DNA from: Vitrella brassicaformis CCMP3155
Taxonomy: Eukaryota > Protista > Chromerida
DNA: 12,391 bases
NCBI GenBank assembly: GCA_001179505.1
Contig: CDMY01000896.1
Coordinates: forward strand, 1 to 12,391
Direction: 5' to 3'
In this document: one piece after another, positions 7,966 through 12,391 of the stretch
Layout: each line of letters starts with the position of its first letter
How positions within the stretch are numbered: the stretch's first letter is position 1
Notes under the pieces: model-generated
Seen by the model: the letters and a program-made list of their open reading frames with translations, nothing else
Database searches by the model: none
What the model was told of the DNA's origin: nothing
Translations under genes and position numbers: made by a program

Positions 7966-8730
7966 CTGCAAAGTAACACACACATCCACACACAATGGTG
8001 ATGTGTGTGTGATAGAATCATTTGTCTGAGTTGAGTGTACCTTCATCGCCATCGCCACCATCCGCCGGGCCAGCGGAGGCCATGTCGGTGTCGGGACGAC
8101 CAGACATCACTCACACACAGACAGAGCTGCACCATGGACCACACACACACAGAGATGGGCGGCCACCTGGTGTTTGTGTTGTGTGCATCAGTGCTTGCCT
8201 ATCAAGAGTTGGAGTCGGCGGGCACCTGTACACAAGGCCGCTCAATCAACCAGTCCGCCCGTCGACAAGGCAGACCTGCTTGAGGCCACCAACACACACA
8301 GACAGCAAACAGATCATCGTGGTGTGCTTGTGAGTGAGCCAATCGCCGCATCTTCCCACTCACCGGACGAGAAGCCGCTCCGTGGCGCGATGGTCCGCCG
8401 GGCAGCAGCCGAGTAGGCAGCGGCGTGAACGAACACTGACAGATACGCCGCTGATGGATATACGGACTTGTCTGCTCCGCAGGGCCTCACTGTGCCTCCA
8501 CTGGCTCACCAAGAGGACCTCGTAAGGACGAAATTGCTCATTCTTCTCCCCCTCTCTCCCAGCTCGCATCGATCGGCTCGTCGGTTGGCAGATGAGGGCG
8601 AAGGAGCCCTTCTGGTGGGCTCACAGGACTCGTCAGGTGCCAAGCACTCAGCCGCAGTGAGTCCCGATCACTTTGGATGAATTGCTCTCAGTGGGATGAG
8701 CAGCTCATGTGGCTTCCTTTGCGTGAATCA
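7966..8730 (-). repeat. First intron, start exon and upstream region of gene B, with putative UTR introns 8363-8276 (GT-AG) and 8198-8127 (GC-AG)
   Basis: Colinear with 2227-3015. Start exon MASAGPADGGDGDEG is 43 nt in both copies. Donors are G|GTGAGT and AG|GCAAGC. Confidence 0.85.
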
Positions 8731-9217
8731 CGTACTGACTGACAGACTCACATACGCCCGCAATGTTTGTGTCTGCACTATTAGTGAACGACAAAGAGCG
8801 AACATTACTTCACACACACGGACGCGACCACATGAGAAACCAACACGAGAGCAGCAGCATCGGACCTATTCAGCCACTCGACACGCTGTCGCCGCCGGCT
8901 CTTCTCAGGGAGAGGAGCACGCCGGTGCTTGAATCTACATCTCCTTCTCGCGATCGATCTCTGCAGCAGCCGCCAGCTTGACCAACAATGCCCTCACAGC
9001 CCCAGTCGCCACACCAGGGGCAACTACCCGCACCAGCAGCGCCGCCAGGATGACCCCCAGCGCCCAGATGCGCCACGGCGTTGTCCCGCCGCAGCATCTC
9101 GCTGTACCTGATGTCAGCCCGCGTCAGCGATGTCATCACAGAGGGGCTGAAGGCGAAAGGCAGCAGCCGGCTGAGTAAGCGCTTGATCAGCAGGTAGCCC
9201 GCCTCCTTTGTCGAGGC

Positions 9218-9853
9218 TTAAGAAACTAGCTCCTGGCCTGCTATTTCTTCCGCCGTCTTGTTGGACTTGGGCTCTTGATGCTGGTTTTGAAGTTGGTGCT
9301 GGCGTTGCTGCTGTTGCAAAGCTGCCTCTTGCTGTTTCAGCAGGTCGATGGCCTCGCGGATCTGTCGCAGCACGGCTGCCTGCCGCTCACCTTTAGTCTC
9401 GCGCTCTCGACCTCCCTCTCCCATGGTGGCCCATTCAGGGTGTTCTTCATCGGTCCAGGCCTGTCAAAGTACCCGGCGATGGCCATCAGGGCAGACCTGA
9501 AGGGGTGGCCGTCAGAGAAGCCCATCCATATCGGCCCACAGCAGCCACCGCCACTATGGTCTGCACGCCTCGCATGCAGACACATTTGTACGTACACAGA
9601 GGTCCTCAGAGTGATTTGCTCGTTTGCCGCCCACCTCTCTTGAGCTCTGCCAGCAGTTCTACGTAGAACTGAGCGAATGAGCGGCCGTCGGTGCAGCACT
9701 GCGTGTGGATTTGGTCGAGCAGCTTTGCCTTGTCCTCCACGGGGCGGAAGTGGCGTCTGGCGCGGATGTCGCCGAGCTCCCCGATCATCTTGTCGAGAGT
9801 CCAGCCGTTGTACTTGCCCATCTTGTTGACATTGTTCTCTACGCAAAGACACA

Positions 9854-9890
<37 letters not shown>

Positions 9891-10249
9891 GAGAGCAGCG
9901 TTGAACCTCTCGAGAGCTGGTGGCTTGGCTGACCGCAGTTCCAGAGAGCCATCGTGGTGAACGTCGAGAAGACACAGTAGAAGTTGAATCGCCCACGGCG
10001 CCGAAGATTCTCCCAGTAGCTGCCCACCAGCTCCTTGTCCTTCTGCAACACGAACTCATCGGCCAACCGCGGATTGTCGGGGTCCTGCCTACCCAGACCG
10101 CCGAGAGCCTTAGCGACCTCCCAGACTGCTGTGTGCCGTGTCGGGAGGCCTCTTGCTGCGTATTGGAGGCGGGAGCTGGGTGAGAGCCGCTGCAGCACAA
10201 AGCAAGATGACGCCTGGGCCAGCATCAGCGCGGTTTGCGGTCGGTTCAT
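9218..10249 (-). CDS. Gene C: hypothetical protein, about 286 aa, with a Gln-rich helical C-terminus
   Basis: Exons 10249-9907, 9838-9635, 9560-9391 and 9361-9218 (TAA), all phase-consistent. The first two introns (68 and 74 nt) are typical. The last junction needs a 29-nt GT-AG intron. An in-frame upstream ATG at 10327 is possible. No domain recognised. Confidence 0.62.
9849..9890. repeat. (AC)11(AG)10 compound microsatellite filling most of gene C intron 1
   Basis: Direct reading; it lies within intron 9839-9906. Confidence 0.95.
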
Positions 10250-10456
10250 GGTCGGCGTTGTTGCTTGATGCAGATCTCCATCTCCTGGGTGGTGCCTCGG
10301 GTCTTGCAGCAGCGCAGCAACATACACTGGCCCAAAAGAGCGAGCCAGAGGGCGAAGACGAAGGGGGGAGGCGCGAGCTCAAAAAAGACAAAGAAACGAA
10401 CGAAAGAACAGAAACTGAAGAGAGAATGGACGGGTACGACTCATCTGCGGCAAAGC
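10250..10456. promoter_or_regulatory. Putative bidirectional promoter / 5'-UTR region between divergent genes C and D
   Basis: There are 207 bp between the two start codons, with a strongly A-rich purine tract at about 10380-10427 in an otherwise GC-rich window. Function is inferred from position only. Confidence 0.5.
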
Positions 10457-11254
10457 ATGCAGATTCTCTACAAGGACATCTATGACACTTCTGGTCAGCA
10501 AAAACACACACATGGGCGGCACAACGGGACGCATTCACCGTCTCCCTCCCCCCTGCGTGTGTGCCTTACTGCAGACAAAAACCGTGTGCTCGATGTCAAC
10601 CCGACCGACACCATCGAGAAGGTCAAAGCCAAGATCCGCCACAACGAGGGCCTCCCTCGCCACCAAGTCAAGCTGCTGCTGCGGCCCGCCTACCGCTGGT
10701 TTGAGCTGAAAGACGGCCGCTCTCTGAAGGACTGCCGCATTGGCCACATGAGCACTTTGGAGGTGGCGGTCAAGTGGCTGAGTGAGCAACAGATGGATGG
10801 CGACCTTCGGCTGCTGCGAGTTGAGTTGGAAGACGTGCAAAGCCAGCTGGCTACGGCGGCTTCCCAGCTGGGCCGGCAGGAGGAGCTGACGGCGGCCGTC
10901 ATCGAGGCCATGGAAAAGCACCTGGATGAGGAGCGAGCCAAACATGCTAAAGCGGAGGCGGAGAGCAATAAGAGGCGCGGGGAGAAGGGCATGATGTCGG
11001 CGTGTGTGGTGTGTTACGACGCTCCCCTTGAGGTGGTCCTGATGCCCTGCAGACACCTGTGCCTCTGCAGCGGTACGTTGGGCAGGCGGGAGGGAAAGGA
11101 GCCACAGAGACCATCACACCATCATCAATGTCTGTGTGTTTGGCTTTGTGTGGTAGGTTGTTTCGAGGAGCTCAAAGAGCACGACGGCGGGAGGCTGCTG
11201 TGCCCCATCTGCCGCAACCAATGTGATACAGAGCTCTCGGGGCCCGTCTACTAA
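10457..11254 (+). CDS. Gene D: ubiquitin-like domain / coiled coil / C3HC4 RING protein (putative E3 ligase), 210 aa
   Basis: Exons 10457-10493, 10575-11072 and 11157-11254 (TAA). The spliced N-terminus MQILYKDIYDTSDKNRVLDVNPTDTIEKVKAKIRHNEGLPRHQVKLLL..ELKDGRSLKDCRIGHMSTLEVAVK aligns by eye with ubiquitin ([47 protein letters not shown]). Splicing restores the RING: CVVCYDAPLEVVLMPCRHLCLCSGCFEELKEHDGGRLLCPIC. Confidence 0.9.
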   Translation: MQILYKDIYDTSGQQKHTHGRHNGTHSPSPSPLRVCLTADKNRVLDVNPTDTIEKVKAKIRHNEGLPRHQVKLLLRPAYRWFELKDGRSLKDCRIGHMSTLEVAVKWLSEQQMDGDLRLLRVELEDVQSQLATAASQLGRQEELTAAVIEAMEKHLDEERAKHAKAEAESNKRRGEKGMMSACVVCYDAPLEVVLMPCRHLCLCSGTLGRREGKEPQRPSHHHQCLCVWLCVVGCFEELKEHDGGRLLCPICRNQCDTELSGPVY

Positions 11255-11383
11255 CATGCATTCGAGCCACACACCTGACTGACATGTGTGGAGGGGAGAG
11301 GGGGGAGACCCACGGGCGTGTCTGTGCTCTGGAGGTGTCATGATTCGGCTGCGCGTGCATGTCGTTGAGCCCACTGCGCTTCT

Positions 11384-11408
11384 CTGTGCTGTGCTGTGCT
11401 GTGCTGTG
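11384..11408. repeat. (CTGTG)5 microsatellite in the convergent 3' intergenic region
   Basis: Direct reading. Confidence 0.9.
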
Positions 11409-11941
11409 GTGCACAATAGTTGTAGACTAGGTCACGGCGATTTTCCACTGATGCGCTGCACAGCCAGATACAATGGTGTTCTGTGTATGAGAGTCGGGGC
11501 GTTTGGAGAGGGCTTTCTTTTTTGCTTTTTCAAGATATTTCCGGGGTGTGTCTGTTATGTTCGTGCCGACCAATCGAGACCATCGAAGCTGTCATCGATC
11601 AAATGCAGTGTCATTCAGCCATTAAGTCGCCGCACACAGACACATACAGCAACACGAACACGTGAATTCGTCCTCACAGCTAGACAGACAGACAGACAGG
11701 CACGGAGGCAGCGGGTGAGCTTCCATCACGGCATTCATATCGGTGACGCCCGACTGGATGAGTGCCACTGGGTGAACACATGATGAGAGTGACTCGCACC
11801 GACTAACACGTGTGCCCATCTGCTGGCCTGCCTGTTTCCCATTTGTCTGTCCGTCCACCCACACACGACAGGCAGGACCAGGTGAGGCAGCGAAACAAAT
11901 GGAGTTATGCACACATTCAAACCTGCCTGCCCGACTGACTG

Positions 11942-11961
11942 TCCATCCATCCATCCATCCA
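11942..11961. repeat. (TCCA)5 microsatellite just downstream of the gene E stop
   Basis: Direct reading. Confidence 0.9.
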
Positions 11962-11988
11962 TGTGGCTACGTGCCCCGCTCGCCCATC

Positions 11989-12391
11989 TCACGTCAGCTG
12001 CAGCGGTCTGAAGGTCGCTATGCCGTCCCGGCCCCTCTCGACCCACCCCAGCTGCTGCCACTGGAACTGGCAGTCGTCATTGCCCAGGTGCTCGTTGAAG
12101 CCCTTGACCAGCCCCGCCACGCCATGCTGCGCCACCTCGTCCAGCCGGGCCCTGTGGACCACCTCACGCACACCCAGGAGTCGGTGCTGCCCGCCCTTCT
12201 GTCCCGCATTGATGGCGAAGCACTGCAGCGGCACCCGCACCAAATCGCCGCCCACATTGGCCATCCCGCCCACCACCTCCCTGTTGCTGCTGGCCTTGTA
12301 CACTGCCGAGCGGACGAAATGCTCGACAGCCGCACGCACACGCCGGGCCATGGCGGAGTGGCGGGAGGGGATGGACCCAGTGATGGTCTGG
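11989..12391 (-). CDS. Gene E (5' partial): C-terminal domain of a lineage-specific protein, probably the same ankyrin family as A and B
   Basis: The frame is open from the window end: QTITGSIPSRHSAMARRVRAAVEHFVRSAVYKASSNREVVGGMANVGGDLVRVPLQCFA..GVREVVHRARLDEVAQHGVAGLVKGFNEHLGNDDCQFQWQQLG..LQLT* (TGA). Assignment to the ankyrin family rests on my recollection of Vitrella proteins; it is not shown by this window. Confidence 0.75.
   Translation of the reverse strand, partial: QTITGSIPSRHSAMARRVRAAVEHFVRSAVYKASSNREVVGGMANVGGDLVRVPLQCFAINAGQKGGQHRLLGVREVVHRARLDEVAQHGVAGLVKGFNEHLGNDDCQFQWQQLGWVERGRDGIATFRPLQLT

Larger units (their letters stand above)
3414..8083 (-). pseudogene. Gene B: ankyrin / coiled-coil / UIM-like / RING protein with 2 nonsense codons and 1 frameshift (about 1175 aa if repaired)
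   Basis: 15 phase-consistent exons: 8083-8041, 7965-7891, 7809-7759, 7659-7177, 7094-5570, 5487-5407, 5310-5212, 5155-5078, 5003-4893, 4820-4590, 4514-4455, 4374-4261, 4178-4116, 4010-3930, 3862-3414 (TGA). Lesions: in-frame TAG at 7474-7472, a 16-bp duplication at 3762-3793, and in-frame TAG at 3695-3693. The donor at 5406 is GC instead of GT. The 'stop' of track ORF 5566-7134 is the TAA inside a GTAAGC donor. Confidence 0.8.

Noticed and set aside
2227-8730. LTR or transposon interpretation of the long direct repeats
   Set aside because: The repeats are paralogous gene starts and ankyrin exons. No terminal repeats, target-site duplication, transposase or RT motifs were seen.
10235-10456. 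5' extension of the 339-aa ORF upstream of MQIL
   Set aside because: The Lys-rich text comes from the A-rich spacer and overlaps the divergent gene C start. Ubiquitin similarity begins exactly at the ATG at 10457.

Overview
Eukaryotic, GC-rich, intron-dense genomic DNA. Introns are mostly 56-106 nt with CA/GT, GA/CT and GACA tracts. The style and gene family recall the chromerid Vitrella brassicaformis (inference, not searched). Most long ORFs in the track are antisense shadows or exon-plus-intron read-throughs. Five genes were rebuilt by hand from splice sites with consistent phases. (A) Minus-strand ankyrin-repeat gene, 2345 to <1, which runs in frame into a copy of its own exon 3. (B) Its tandem paralogue, 8083-3414: 15 exons encoding ankyrin, coiled coil, low-complexity linker, a UIM-like motif and a RING split by a 54-aa insert. 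It has two in-frame TAGs and a 16-bp frameshifting duplication, so it is a probable recent pseudogene. (C) Minus-strand gene of unknown function, 10249-9218. (D) Divergent plus-strand ubiquitin-like/coiled-coil/RING gene, 10457-11254. (E) The 3' end of a probable third ankyrin-family gene, >12391-11989. A and B share about 0.7 kb of upstream sequence with two conserved putative 5'-UTR introns, one of them GC-AG. The most interesting signals are tail swapping on a constant ankyrin block and the clustering of ubiquitin-system modules. No RNA genes, CRISPR arrays or mobile elements were seen.
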